Shown here: positions 46,040-59,458 of the stretch, one piece after another
Numbering within the stretch: position 1 is the stretch's first letter
Layout: every line of letters starts with the position of its first letter
Source: Alloascoidea hylecoeti
Lineage: Eukaryota
Length of the DNA: 64,000 nucleotides
Direction of reading: 5' to 3'
Assembly: GCA_001600815.1 (NCBI GenBank)
Contig: BCKZ01000014.1
Location: 310,001 to 374,000 of the forward strand
Position numbers and translations under genes: made by a program
Notes under the pieces: model-generated
The model's input: the letters and a program-made list of their open reading frames with translations, nothing else
What the model was told of the DNA's origin: nothing
The model's database searches: none

Positions 46040-48268
46040 ATGTCGACATATCCTATAGTCCCTAAAGGGTATTTAAATGTTATTATTTCTAGAGCAAGAC
46101 ATTTACCAAATCTTCGAAGAATAGAAAAGCAAAATCCTTTTTGCGTAATACGGTTAGGAACTGATACCGATAGGACAACAACAATACAAAGAGGAGGGCA
46201 AACACCAGAATGGGGTCATAGAACACAATTCATTATTTCTAAACAACAGAGAATAACTACTTTAACAATCTCGGTATTCGATGAAAATAATAATGAATCA
46301 CAGCTTATTGGTGAAACATCAAATGTAAATATTATTAAAGCAGTTGAAAGTTCTATTGAAGAAGGTTATGATAAATGGTATCCTTTAACTTATGGAAGGA
46401 AAGATGCTGGTGAGATTTATATTGAAATGACGTTTTATCCCTTTGAAGGGACAACTTCTCCTCGAAGGCCATCAAAAATGATGGGGAAAGAGCCAGTTAG
46501 CGCTAGTCCTGTTATTAAGGGTCGACGGCCTTTACCTCCATTACCGAATCAACCATTGCAACCTGTTGAAACACCATCACAAAATATAACGGAAGGTAAC
46601 GTGTCACCTAATAAAAATTTTCAATGCAATACAACTAACAACGATGGAACTCAAAGTTTCGACTTTTCTTCAAGTGTAAGCACATATATTAACTTAGAAA
46701 GTCCATTTTTTAATCCAAATGATGATTCAAGAGACGTAATCCCAGGCGAGCCTTTGGATGTGTATCAATGTGAACCAGATCCCCAGATATTACAAAGAAA
46801 CTTATACTATGATGGCATCATAAATCATAGTTCTAACTCTCTCTATTCAGATTCTTCAAAAGACCTGGATTCGACAAGATATATAACAGCAAAATATAGA
46901 TATACCAATGAAGAAGATATTCCACTACAATTATTATACTCAAAATCCAATTCAAATTCGAACTTTCAAAATAACATAGAATCTATCAGAACCCTACCAA
47001 CAATTCCACATGTTAATGACAATCGCAGTACTCCAGGTCCATTAGCAACCAATTACAAGACATCACGTTCTAGTATACCCAATTTGACTAGAAATGATAA
47101 TTATAATCCAAAAATGCAAAGATCTTATTCTCCAACAAACCATGAACGATCTGCTGGATCAAGCATATTCTCAAGGGAAGATATGATCGTTAATTCATTT
47201 AAAAACGATTCAATTTCATTACAGCAAAATATATCTAACGAATCTATTAGTAAAGTTAAAAACAATTCTTTTCAAGGTTCGATTACAAATAGCAATCATA
47301 GTAATGATAATTTTTATAATTATACTAATAATGAAAGGATATCTTCAAGACAAAATTCACCAATTCGAAAATCGTTACCACCTAGTCTTGTCGATGAACA
47401 AAACAGTTATAATCGATCAAGTTCAATTGACTATCCAAATAATATTGATAAAGTTCAAAACAATTATTTTCATGAAGATTCAATTACAATGAGCAATCAC
47501 AGTAATGATAATTTTTATAATTGTACTAATCATGAAAGGATATCTTCAAGACAAAATTCACCAATTCGAAAATCATTACCACCTAGTATTGTCGATGACC
47601 ATGGCAGTTATAATCGATCAAGTTCAATTGAATACGCTAATAGTAGCGATAGTAGTGATAGTAATATTAAAGTGCTATCTAAAAGACAATCACTACCACC
47701 AATTAGGAGCAGTACTTTTAATAATAATTCTTCTTATAATTCAACTTCAAGTAGAATATATTCAAATGAAAGTTATCAATCAGATCAATTTCCTCAATCA
47801 GTGATTACAACACAATCTATACGAATGAGAACTTCACTACCACCAACATATAATTCAAATAAATACAATCCTAGAGGAGAAGCCTTTTCTAGTTATGAAA
47901 ACGAACAAAATATCAACAATATGTCAAATTCTATAAACCACTTAAGTTATTCTACTCCTCCTAAGTCACCCATAAAGTACACAAGTAGATCATTAAGTGG
48001 GTCGCCAACCAAATCCAAACCACGAAGAAAACCTGTTCCTATCACAGAAGAAGATTATGTTTTGGGTTCAAATAAAGAGAATAATAGTAATATTAATATT
48101 AAAAATAGGAAATTGATGCCTTTTTCGACGGATCCATCAAGAGAAGTTGACGTTGATGCAATTAAAAAGACTCTCTATCCAAATGAAGATGCCGAGGAGA
48201 AAGAAGATGAGATATATGATTCTTCTTATTTTGCACCAACTCCAAGTTCATATATTCAAAGTTTATGA
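46040..48268 (+). CDS. INN1: C2-domain cytokinesis ingression protein (Inn1/Fic1-like)
   Basis: N-terminal C2 domain (GYLNVIISRARHLPN...KQNPFC...RGGQTPEW...AGEIYIEMTFY), PxxP motifs (RRPLPPLP) and a long disordered tail; ATG at 46040. Confidence 0.8.
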   Translation: MSTYPIVPKGYLNVIISRARHLPNLRRIEKQNPFCVIRLGTDTDRTTTIQRGGQTPEWGHRTQFIISKQQRITTLTISVFDENNNESQLIGETSNVNIIKAVESSIEEGYDKWYPLTYGRKDAGEIYIEMTFYPFEGTTSPRRPSKMMGKEPVSASPVIKGRRPLPPLPNQPLQPVETPSQNITEGNVSPNKNFQCNTTNNDGTQSFDFSSSVSTYINLESPFFNPNDDSRDVIPGEPLDVYQCEPDPQILQRNLYYDGIINHSSNSLYSDSSKDLDSTRYITAKYRYTNEEDIPLQLLYSKSNSNSNFQNNIESIRTLPTIPHVNDNRSTPGPLATNYKTSRSSIPNLTRNDNYNPKMQRSYSPTNHERSAGSSIFSREDMIVNSFKNDSISLQQNISNESISKVKNNSFQGSITNSNHSNDNFYNYTNNERISSRQNSPIRKSLPPSLVDEQNSYNRSSSIDYPNNIDKVQNNYFHEDSITMSNHSNDNFYNCTNHERISSRQNSPIRKSLPPSIVDDHGSYNRSSSIEYANSSDSSDSNIKVLSKRQSLPPIRSSTFNNNSSYNSTSSRIYSNESYQSDQFPQSVITTQSIRMRTSLPPTYNSNKYNPRGEAFSSYENEQNINNMSNSINHLSYSTPPKSPIKYTSRSLSGSPTKSKPRRKPVPITEEDYVLGSNKENNSNINIKNRKLMPFSTDPSREVDVDAIKKTLYPNEDAEEKEDEIYDSSYFAPTPSSYIQSL

Positions 48269-48844
48269 AGTATTAATATGATAATTACCACTCAAGGAAT
48301 AAAGTGCTGGTTGCCCCGACATCCATATGTAAATAAATAATATCCCATTGTAGTCACGTGCCAGATCTAGTGGAAAAGATATTTCACTATTTTGCGTTTG
48401 AAAATTCTTTTCCTTTTTTCTTTTCTTCCTCAACATAAAGAAAAAGTTTTTATACACTGAACTTTGCCTTAGTAACGCTCTTCAGCTGGATATCTGGAAC
48501 TAAATCACTAATTTTATCTCGAAAACTGTAACTGATCATTACAATTGATACCAAAAAGGTATGCCGTTATTTATACTTTACTATCTTACACTTTACTAAT
48601 CATATTTATGACTTGAATGCTTCAATTGATGTTTAATAGCATAATATAATATCGTATTCTGAAATATATTTATTTATTTGCTTTTAACCTGATTCCCCCT
48701 TGACACACAAACCTCCAGACACCCTTACGCTTTCCTTTACTTTTGTGCCACCTTTTCTCTTCTTCTTTTTATCAATTATCTTCTGGATTAATTCTGTCTA
48801 TTATTATATATTCTTATAATCTCGAACATCATAATTTTTGAAAA

Positions 48845-51748
48845 ATGGATATTGGACAACTTTTAGAAAGCGCAATTCTTAATCCTGGTATGTGTTTTTT
48901 TCTGAATTTTTTTTTTTTTTTTGCCATTCATAGAAAACTAACAGATCAATGCAAATTTTAAGACCAGCAACTTCGTGCACAGGCCGAAGCCAGATTAGAA
49001 GAACTTGCAAAAGATAGATTTGTATGTTCATTTCTTATCGTTTATTTTCCGACAACAAAAAAAATTATTCTAATTTTTTAAATCTGTTTATCTAGTTGGA
49101 ATATCTTGGCCTACTTACCGAAGCTCTTGCAAATGAATCTCAAAAAACCGAAGTGCGGATGTTAGCAGGTATTGCTTTGAAAAATCAATTGACCGCAAAA
49201 GTAAGTAATCGATTAATATTAAAATTAATATTAATATAATTTATTAACTGATTTCTTGCTTTTCTTAATAGGATAGTAAAACCAAATCTGCTCAAATTGA
49301 ACGATGGTTAGCAATTGGCGAGAACGAGAGAACCCAGATCAAATCAACCGTATGTGTGATGCTTGTTAAAAATTCAATTCATCCATGAACTATAACTAAT
49401 CATATAACATATAGGCCCTACAAGCGTTATTAACACCCGATGACCGTGTTGCTTCATCAGCTGCTCAGCTGGTTGCTGCTATTGCCGATATTGATTTACC
49501 AAGAAATCTGTGGCCCGAGCTCATCCCCACGATTGTCGAAAATACGAAAACTGAAAAACCTGTTCATGTTAAAAGAGCTTCTTTATTAACAATTGGTTAT
49601 ATTTGTGAAACTGCTGATCCATCAAATCCTGGAATCATAAACCAATCAAACGGTATTTTAACTGCTATTGTTCAAGGTGCTCAAAATTCTGAAGAAAGCA
49701 TAGTTGTTAGATTAACAGCAATTAATGCTTTAGTTAATTCTTTAGAATTCATCAGATATAATTTTGAAAGAGAAGGTGAAAGAAATTATATCATGCAAGT
49801 TGTTTGTGAAGCAACTCAGTCAAGCGATGTTGAATTACAAGCTGCTTCGTTTGGTGCTTTAGCCCGTATAATGAGTTTATATTATCCTTATATGGGTTTA
49901 TATATGGAACGTGCTTTATACGGTTTAACTGTTAATGGTATGAGAAGTGAAAATGAAGAAGTTGCCTGTATGGCTGTTGAATTTTGGAGTACTGTTTGCG
50001 AAGAAGAAATTGATATTTCTTTACAATTAGCTGAATTGGAAGTTAATGGTGGAAAACCAAACGATATTGATAATGACTTAAATAACTTTAACTTCGCCTT
50101 GACCGCAATTACTGATGTTTTACCAACTCTATTGAACTTATTAACAAGACAGAATGAAGATCCATTTGACGATGATTGGAGTGTTAGTATGGCATCTGGT
50201 TGTTGTTTACAATTATTTGCTCAAAATACTGGTAATTTTGTTGTTCAACCAACTTTAGAATTTGTTGAAAAAAGTATTGGTAGTGAAAATTGGAGATTAC
50301 GTGAGGCTGCTGTAATGGCATTTGGTTCAATTTTAGATGGTCCAGATCATGATCAATTGAAAACTTTAATCGGTCAAGCATTGGGCCCCATCTTACAATT
50401 AATTAAAGATTCTACTTTACAAGTTGAGGATACTGTCGCTTGGTGTCTGGGTAGAATTGCTGATCTCGTTATTGATGGTATTGATATTGATACACATTTA
50501 CCTCTGATTATTGAAGCTATAACTTTGGGTATGAATGATCATCCAAAGGTTTCTACAAATTGTTGTTGGACTTTAATGAACTTGGTCGAACAATTATGTC
50601 AAGATGGTCCTCAACAAGATACTACTCCAATGTCGAGATATTATGAAAGTCTAGTACCATTACTAATGCAATTAACTAATAAAAATGATAATGAATATTC
50701 TTCAAGAGCTTCAGCTTATGAAGCTTTATCAACGTTAGTTATATTCAGTGCTGATGATGTTTCATCAATCGTTTTGTCAATTTCAAATGAGATTTTATTA
50801 AGATTAGAGCAAACTTTAAAACTACAAGCTGAGATTGTTAATAGTGATGATAAGGCTACCTTGGAAGAATTACAAACTAATATTTTATCCTTATTGACTA
50901 ACATTATAAGAAGAGCTGACTCACAAGTAGTTGGTGCATCTGACCAATTGATGCAATTATTCTTATCTTTGTTATCAAATAAAGTTTCAAACTCTTTGAT
51001 TGAAGAGGATATTTTCATTGCAATTTCAAGTGTTTCCGGTGCTGTTGGTGAGGAATTTATAAAATATATGGATGCTTTCATACCTTTCTTACATGCTTCG
51101 TTACAAGAGCCGGAGCATCAGGCATGTACCACTGCCGTTGGTTTAGTTGCTGATATAAGTCATGCATTAGGTGAGAAGATGTCACCTTATGTTAAAGATA
51201 TAATGGCGTTATTGGCTGGTATTTTATCAAATGAAAATGCAAGAAGGGATGTTAGACCAAGTGTTGTTTCTTGTTTTGGTGATTTGGCTTCTAGTATTGG
51301 TCCTGAATTTCAACCTTATTTAGAAGGTGTCTTCACTTTATTACAACAGGCCAGTAACGTTAATATTGAATCTGAACCAACAATTGAAAACTTGGATTAC
51401 TTTTTAAGTTTAAGAGAATCAGTTTTGGATGCTTATGTTGGTATAATTGCTGGATTACATTCACAACCAAACATGATATTACAATATATCGAGTCAATTT
51501 TCCAATTCTTATTATTGATTCATGATGATGTCAATATGACCATTAGTGAACATGTTTGTAGATCAGTTGTAGGGTTATTGGGTGATATTGCTCAAATGTA
51601 CCCTGATGGAAGTGTTAAGGAAGCATATAAACAATCTTGGGTTACCTCGTTTATTAGGAAGACAAGATCAAATGGTCAATTCAAGAAAGTTACAAAGGAT
51701 ACAGCTAGATGGGCAAGGGAAATGCAAAAGAGGCAGTTGGACCTATAA
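48845..51748 (+). CDS. KAP95: Importin beta Kap95 (~872 aa); exons 48845-48887, 48963-49021, 49096-49200, 49272-49349, 49415-51748
   Basis: IBN_N (RMLAGIALKNQL), NFEREGERNYIMQVVCEATQ, AVEFWSTVCEEE, REAAVMAFGSILDGP, TKDTARWARE; four canonical introns in frame. Confidence 0.96.
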
Positions 51749-53699
51749 TTATTATAAGTTACGATTGATAATTTTGTTCTCTTCTGTTTAAGCTTGTATT
51801 TAAAAATATACGAAGGGAAAAATGTTGCCAACCTATGCTTCTATCTCCTCCTAACTTTAAAATTTGAAATTTACAGTTGGATTATTGATCAAGACGTTTA
51901 GATGTATTTACCATTCTCCGAGATTCTCTCAATTTATTATTATTAATATTACCCATTGTTACCTGTTATTTTATCTCACTTATTTTGCGGGGAAAAATAT
52001 ATATTCTTCTCCATTATTTTATTACTCACATTCACACACACTCACACTCACATTCATATTTAGATTTCTCTTTACATACTTACACTCCAATATTGTCCAC
52101 TCCACTGATTTTTCATTTTAATTTTTTAAAATTTTGTTCTTAAAGTTTTAATATTATTTTGATATATCTTTTTCGCTCTAATTTATATTTACGTATCTTG
52201 ATCCTTTATAATTTTCATCATATTTTTATTCACTTTTATAACCATTTTATCCATCTATCTCCATAAATTATTATAGGTTTGTATTTCACTATCCATACCA
52301 TTATTTGATTCAAAAGCTAATCATATGCATGTGAAGAATAGTGCACCTAGCCATTATATACTTATATCCTACCATATATTCTGGTTATTAATGACTGTCG
52401 TACGATTCTTTGTCTTTATCTTTATTAAAAAAAATGAAGGGAAACCTAAGGTGGTGGTTAAAAATTTATAATCATTGTAAAATCTATAGCTATATCACGA
52501 TTGATCGTAAGGAGTACGATAATTATGATAATTATGATTCACAACCATAAAATTTAAAGAAAAAAGAAAAAAAGAAAAAAAGAAAAAAAAAAACCAAAAA
52601 CAAGAATATTTAAAAGGTATAATGAATTATAAGTTAGCTATCGAGGTGTATCATCATATGCTAGCTAATTAATATATAAATAATCAGTGAAAGTGTATGA
52701 TCAACAAAAATTAAATGGTATGGTTTTATTTTGTATATAGAGCGCGGAAGATGAGATATCATTGAACCAGTATAGTAAACAAATATTTAGGTGAGACCTG
52801 TCACTTTTAAATATGTTATGAAAATCGGAAATAGTGGAAACTTCGGACTGTGTGCTTCACTGAATTTGGCCAACGTTTAGGAAAATCAAAAAACATTTAC
52901 ACCTCTCTCGCAAAATGTGGTCACAGCATCAAAATCACTTCATGTAAACTTATATTTTAAATAAGATAAAAGCTAGATAAGTTGTCAGTGTATATCATGT
53001 CACTTCAAATATAATAAATGTTTCACCTTTCTGTTAAATGTTTTGACCTTATTTCCTCACTTTGTAAGATTTCGAACCCCATGTACAAATAGGTAGGAAC
53101 ATATTACCACGTGTAGAGCATCATACTTACTTCATCTAGATGAGTACATACATATACTGTTTCAATATATGTAGTTGGGTATTTCCTTATATCGTAGTAT
53201 GTATAATTGCATGCATATTCTTGGAGATCAAATTTTCGCAGTAAGAAAGGTTGGTCGAATTGAATGACGCTATAATTCATAAACCTTACGATAATATTCG
53301 GACTTTGAATAGCTAGAGTAGTGTAAAATATTAATGATGACATGATGATATTATTCCTGTTATACATTTAAACCAAACGCTCAACACATATTCCTTTTGC
53401 TTTAACTGGCTTAAACTCTGCAACTACGAAATAATAATAGCATATGATAATTGAACCACTAGGGAAATTTATCTGTAGGTTTCTAGAACATAATACATAT
53501 ATCTTAATTATTATAACGTTAATTAATGAACGGTTGCAAAACATCACTGAGTTAATTGATGGATCTACTGTCATAGGGTGATGGCTTTCACTGTCAGCCG
53601 CACAACAACACATACTATAACTCAAAATATATGAAATTATAATAACAAAAACATTCGATTTATATAAAAGCTTCCAATTTTTAGAGCTATTATTGCTGG

Positions 53700-54430
53700 C
53701 CATATTTGCATGGATCTAGAAAACCAATATACATAATGATTCATGATATGGTATATCCAGTATTATCCACTCGCCAATTCCCTAACAACCGATATGCACC
53801 GCGTAAGAAACTACACCAATAACTCAGACAATCTACATCTCTCTGGTCAGATATTACATGCTTATATAGATTAAATATATGATAAGTGTTTAAATTAGGC
53901 ATTGACCTCCAAAACACAGTTTCTTGTATCAAAATATACTGGTGTACCACCATTCAATTCCAGAAAAAGTCTTGAAGAAGTGCAATAATGGAAAAATCAC
54001 AGCTGAACCAATTGAAAATACGTCTAAGCATATTACATACAAAAGTTTCAATAAAGGGGCTGATGAAAGATATATGAACCGGTTGGCAGATTTTGTGGAA
54101 GAACATTCGAATACTGATATAATCTGCTCATCTTCTGTATGTGTTTGAGTCCTATAGGCTCTACTTCATAGATATCGATGTTCCAGAGCCATACAATCTA
54201 AAACGCCTAATCCACTGGAAATTTTAAACGCCATCTGCTATAATGAAAACTGAGGTGTGAGGGGATTTTCAAAATTGTCCCATTCTTAACATCTGCATAT
54301 AAAAGAAATGGTGGAAATGTTGAATTATGCAAAGAACATGCATATGCCTCCATCCCTACGTATTCCACCAGTTGAGCGACACCGGAGACTTCTAAGTTCT
54401 ATAAAAAGGTATCTATCAGATTCTCCTTTG
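53700..54430 (+). pseudogene. Unidentified decayed coding relic
   Basis: Protein-like runs broken by stops (e.g. ADERYMNRLADFVEEHSNTDIIC; KEMVEMLNYAKNMHMPPSLRIPPVERHRRLL) in an otherwise ORF-poor region. Confidence 0.3.
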
Positions 54431-57400
54431 TCTAATTAAATATATTTACATTCTATATTGATAATCAATTTTGTTGAAATTTAAAAAAAGTTTTATAATT
54501 AGGTTTATGTTTCTTATGGTGCATATATCTGGACGGTTGTTAGAGAATGGGCGGTTGTTGGTGGAAAAACCATATACGATTATTATAACGTTTTAATTAT
54601 TTACCCCATTCAAACATACACATTGCAAATATATCAACATCGCAGCTGTAGGATGAAATAAAAATGTCTAAGAATATAAGCTTATACCATATAAGAATAT
54701 AAGCTTATACAGCATATATATGTAACTATAAAACTTAAAAGATATCATATATTGAGGATAAGCCCACCATCCACGCCTACCAAAGAATAGAGGGCATCTC
54801 TAGATTGCGTTAATTTAACTGTTTAGCACAATAATGTGTTAAGTTGAAATGAAAAAAAAAAATATAGCATACACGGTATTAGACAGAATCGGTCCACTGA
54901 TTATGGGCCTTGGTCAAATTAAAACTAAATTAATAGACGGCACTGAATAAAAACTTTTATCTATTTGAGCACAAAAAAGAACTGGTTGCAAATTGCAATT
55001 GGAAACAAACAAAAGTACCATAGTTTTCAATAGTTAAAGTTATTGCAGGATCCATTTTTTGTAGATTAGTACCGGGTAATACCGACTGTATTATCCTTGT
55101 TCAAAATGTATTTACCAATTACCACTTGCCAAGTTGCCAGTAGCCAGTGGCCAGCTTACCACTGTTATTGCGAGTTGAGAGGTTTTCATGTGAAAATTAA
55201 AACTGATTTTGAATAAATTATCGTAAAATAAAAGCCTGTAGAAACCATGGCTAGCGCTGTCGACTGTGCATATTAATTATAATTAAAATAAATTTAGATT
55301 TGATATATCATAATTATAATTATAAGGTAATGTAATTAGCGACTAAATCGATATCATAAACTTCCAAGTTTAGGGTGAAAATATCTTCGAAACTTTGTGA
55401 ATGTATTAGGATGCATATAATGTATACCAATTACCTACTCTACCTTTTTAATCAGTTTGTTATTGAAAATTAATTATCGAAATAAGATGTTATATATCTA
55501 TTGATCGTAACATTGCAGCTATAGTCAATTTAATCAAATTCGTTTTGTACAATTATGAACATTCGTTATAATATAGCCTATACAAGCTGAAATTAAGTGA
55601 TAAATTGATGATAATATTAATATATTATTGATTATTATTAATCCTAGTGTATAGCTTAGCTATAGATTATAGTTCCATGTATGGTTTAAAGTATGCGCGA
55701 TATTAATTGGAGAAATATTTTATTTATAAATCAAGTGCTATTAGAAGGAGCCCGATATCGATGTTATATTTCTGGAATCATTTAATGACACTGTTATAAA
55801 TTTGAGATATTCAATTTGACAAAAAAGATGATAATTAATATTAGATAATATATCGATGACCTTTTGCCATGTAGCTATAATCCAATTGTAATTACAAATT
55901 ACAGTCTCAGACTTTATTCGATATATAGAAACTTTAAATTTTAAGTTTCGCCTTTTTTTGCTTGATATTGTCGGAAATGTGAATTAAAACAATACCAGGA
56001 AGAGATAGGTTATATTCATAATAATTTATATATCAGTTTATGTGCTTGATTAATTTGAAAATGTTGTGAATTATGTGTACAATGTCTATGTAATGTTTCC
56101 AACATAATATTCAATAGCGATTACGGCTTATATCGATGAGTATAAGACTATAAGTACAGGTATGTTATATTGCTTGCCAATTGACTACTTAAGTTTCTTG
56201 AAATAGAAAGGTTGCAGTACTCAATCTTCTGGCACTAATATTAACCCTCTTTATAGTTATGAATAACCCAAATCGAGGAAAATATACTTTGAGCTCTCTA
56301 TAGCTAAATATGCAACATTAATTGTTATAAATATCTATGTATATAAGTCTCTATATCTATGCATTATCTATAATTGTAATTAGATCTCAAATGCAAATAG
56401 CATTGATTAATATTGTTGACTTTAAGACATTGAAAAATTAGATAGTTTAAGTAAAAGATGAGATAAAACTGGAAATGTGAAATTACAAATTTAAAATGTT
56501 AAACGATCTTTAAACGAGTGTAATTATATTGGCCATTGAGTGTATCTTGGACTGGCCTAGGGTTATACTATAAATTAGCTGCAGAGGGCTTAATAATAAA
56601 AATATACTCTCATATTTATAGCGCTAGCTGGATCTATAGATTCTATACCATATTGCTACTCCAATACATTGCTGTTCTAGATCTACAGTGATTCTACTCG
56701 TTTTAAACTAAATAATATTAATCTATTTATCAGCTAATGTGTTTATAAGTAATATTAGATCTAGAGTAATAAAATATATAATTCCTTGGTTGGATGTTTT
56801 TTCAGATCTAGTCATATAACATTTAAGGAGTTAGCTGTAGCTATAAATCGATATGGCAAAATATAGCATCGACTTCAATCGCAATTAAAGTTCCATTTAT
56901 AACTGAAGCTTAAGCATTCAATTGATATATAGTTATAACTAAGTAAGTAAACAAGTTCATTGACACTGAGTAGTTGTGAGTACGCTCAATTCGGATCATA
57001 CATATAAATATCCCAATTGCAAGATAAAAATATGGGGTTAGAAAACAAATATAGCAATCACCCTCGTCGATGTATGATTATGTGAATACTTTCAATCCTT
57101 TTGTGGAATTCAATTGTATAATTACAGAAAATTATAGTTTCAAAATAAACATTACTAACGTGGCTATATAACTACATTTGTAAATCTCCATTATACTTAT
57201 ACATTGCAATTGGTTTCAAAACATCGTGTTCCAAAGAAAATGTTAATATATATTATTGACTCTTATATGACTGCAATCAATTGGCTAACTTTTGCAATTG
57301 TAAATTTAAAAAGATATTGGTTGGTCGACAGATCCGTACATAATATGTACGTAACAACTCTCGTATATACTCGAGCTCAAATGTGCCTTGATTATAAATA

Positions 57401-58669
57401 TATTCATATAACTTGCTAGTTAGCACCAAGATTCAATACCATTTTGCAAATATTTTTTTTGTTTTATCCAGGGCGCTATATAATTAGTATACGTAGGAAG
57501 GAGAAAAAGATCGAATTTTTGATATTGGCATCTACTTTTCTGTACTTTCCATAATCATTGAAAGTATAGTAATTATAAAGAAGATTGGCATGGGCATTAA
57601 TGTAGTTGCATAATATATTGGGATTTGAGTTTGCAATTGCAATTGATCTGAACTTCCTTTTTATTAGAAAAATAAAAGCTTTCACCCATCAGATATCGAT
57701 TTAACACCACTATAGTGCACATAGTCTATATCTAATATTAATCTTAAGGCAATTACTAGTTAGGTTATAATATTGTCTATTTGATAAATACGCAAACTTG
57801 TCAACATCAAGGCGTGAAAAATATTTTATTATTTGTGAATCTTTGTTCAACTTTGGCAATCAAGGATTTTTATTCCTTGCAATTTTAATATAACAGAGCA
57901 TCTGTTTCAAACAATCAAAAACTTCAGAGAAAAAGTCCAAAACATTCAATCTGGTTATAAATATTATAATTTAATACATATACATGTATTTGCCTACATA
58001 ACGTTAGGCTAATAATGGATTATGTATCTATGCATGAATATACAGCAAGTTTATTAACTTATGTTTTCTATAAACATATATAAACGATATAATTGGAACT
58101 GAAGGTTAGTTATAATTAAATTTCATAGCGATTGATGTCTGAATATTGCCCCATTTTGACATTATTATAGCTGGGATTAAATTCAAGCTCAGGAATCTTT
58201 TAATTTTAAGTCACAATTATGTGACTACCAGTACTGTAGTTTTTCCACAGAAATAACTTTCGTTTAGTGCAGAATCACTGCAGATGTAGTTTCCCTTTTT
58301 GCAATTTTGATAGAATTTTAATCATAAAAATTAGGATATACCTGCAGAACATCATCATTGAAACTTTTTAATCCAACTACTATATTTTTAAGCAGATGTA
58401 ACGGTTTTAGAAGTACAATTTTCTTAACCAGGAAACCGGATGAAACATACATGATTTAGTTATAAGCTATAAATAATTATAAAATACGTTCATGAATCAA
58501 AAATAATTAACCCCTAATATGGATATAGCAACTACAATGTTTGGCGATATTGATGAGTATTTATATGGCATATATCCACCTCAATCTAGTTTTTTTTCAA
58601 CCTCAACCACTGTGCTTTAAACCATCGATATCTCAAACCTAATTCAACTATAACATTAATTTCCAGCTA

Positions 58670-59458
58670 ATGTCAGATAAAAACTTCAAAGATTCAAAAG
58701 AGATAAAGAGTACCAAAGTATCAGATATTTCTCGAGACATTGGGTACGATCCAGTTCCATTGAAGCATACAAATGTTCTTTATGATCCAAATGATGGGGC
58801 ATCATGGTATTTAGCCTGGATCTCAATGCTACCAGTTTTCATTCTAGTGCATTATGTGTCTTGGTTTATTGTTGATAGAGATATAGAGGCATTGATTTGC
58901 TTCTGCGCACAATTTGGTAATGATTTTGTCAACCGGTATCTTAAAAAGGTATTCAAAGAGAAAAGACCTACAATGTTAAATGAAGAACAGGCTTCAGAAG
59001 GTAATAAATTAATTGGAAAAGGTTACGGTATGCCAAGTTCTCATTCACAATTTATGGGATTTTATTCAACTTATTATATCTTAAGAGTTATTTACAAATG
59101 GAATGATGTGGGATTACCAATGAAATTAGCATCAATTACTATGTTTTGCTCATCATGCTTCATTGTATGCTATTCCAGATTTTATTTGCATTATCACTCC
59201 AAGAAACAAATTATTGTTGGAATTCTATGTGGCGCTGTATGTGGTATGGCTTACTTCTCTATCTTGGCACTTTTGAGAGAAGTTGGTTTTATTAGTTGGT
59301 TTATTGAATTGCCTATCATTCGGGATTTTTATGTTAAAGATGAGGTCCATGTCGCTATCACTATTAAAGATGAATATGAAATCTGGAAATCCAATAGAGC
59401 TGAATTCCTAGCTTCAAATTTTACAAGAGAGTGGAACTTCAGTAAGCTAGAACTATAG
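58670..59458 (+). CDS. CAX4: Dolichyldiphosphatase (PAP2 family)
   Basis: KKVFKEKRP, GYGMPSSHSQF and SRFYLHYHS PAP2 motifs; T.VLYDP N-terminus. Confidence 0.9.
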   Translation: MSDKNFKDSKEIKSTKVSDISRDIGYDPVPLKHTNVLYDPNDGASWYLAWISMLPVFILVHYVSWFIVDRDIEALICFCAQFGNDFVNRYLKKVFKEKRPTMLNEEQASEGNKLIGKGYGMPSSHSQFMGFYSTYYILRVIYKWNDVGLPMKLASITMFCSSCFIVCYSRFYLHYHSKKQIIVGILCGAVCGMAYFSILALLREVGFISWFIELPIIRDFYVKDEVHVAITIKDEYEIWKSNRAEFLASNFTREWNFSKLEL

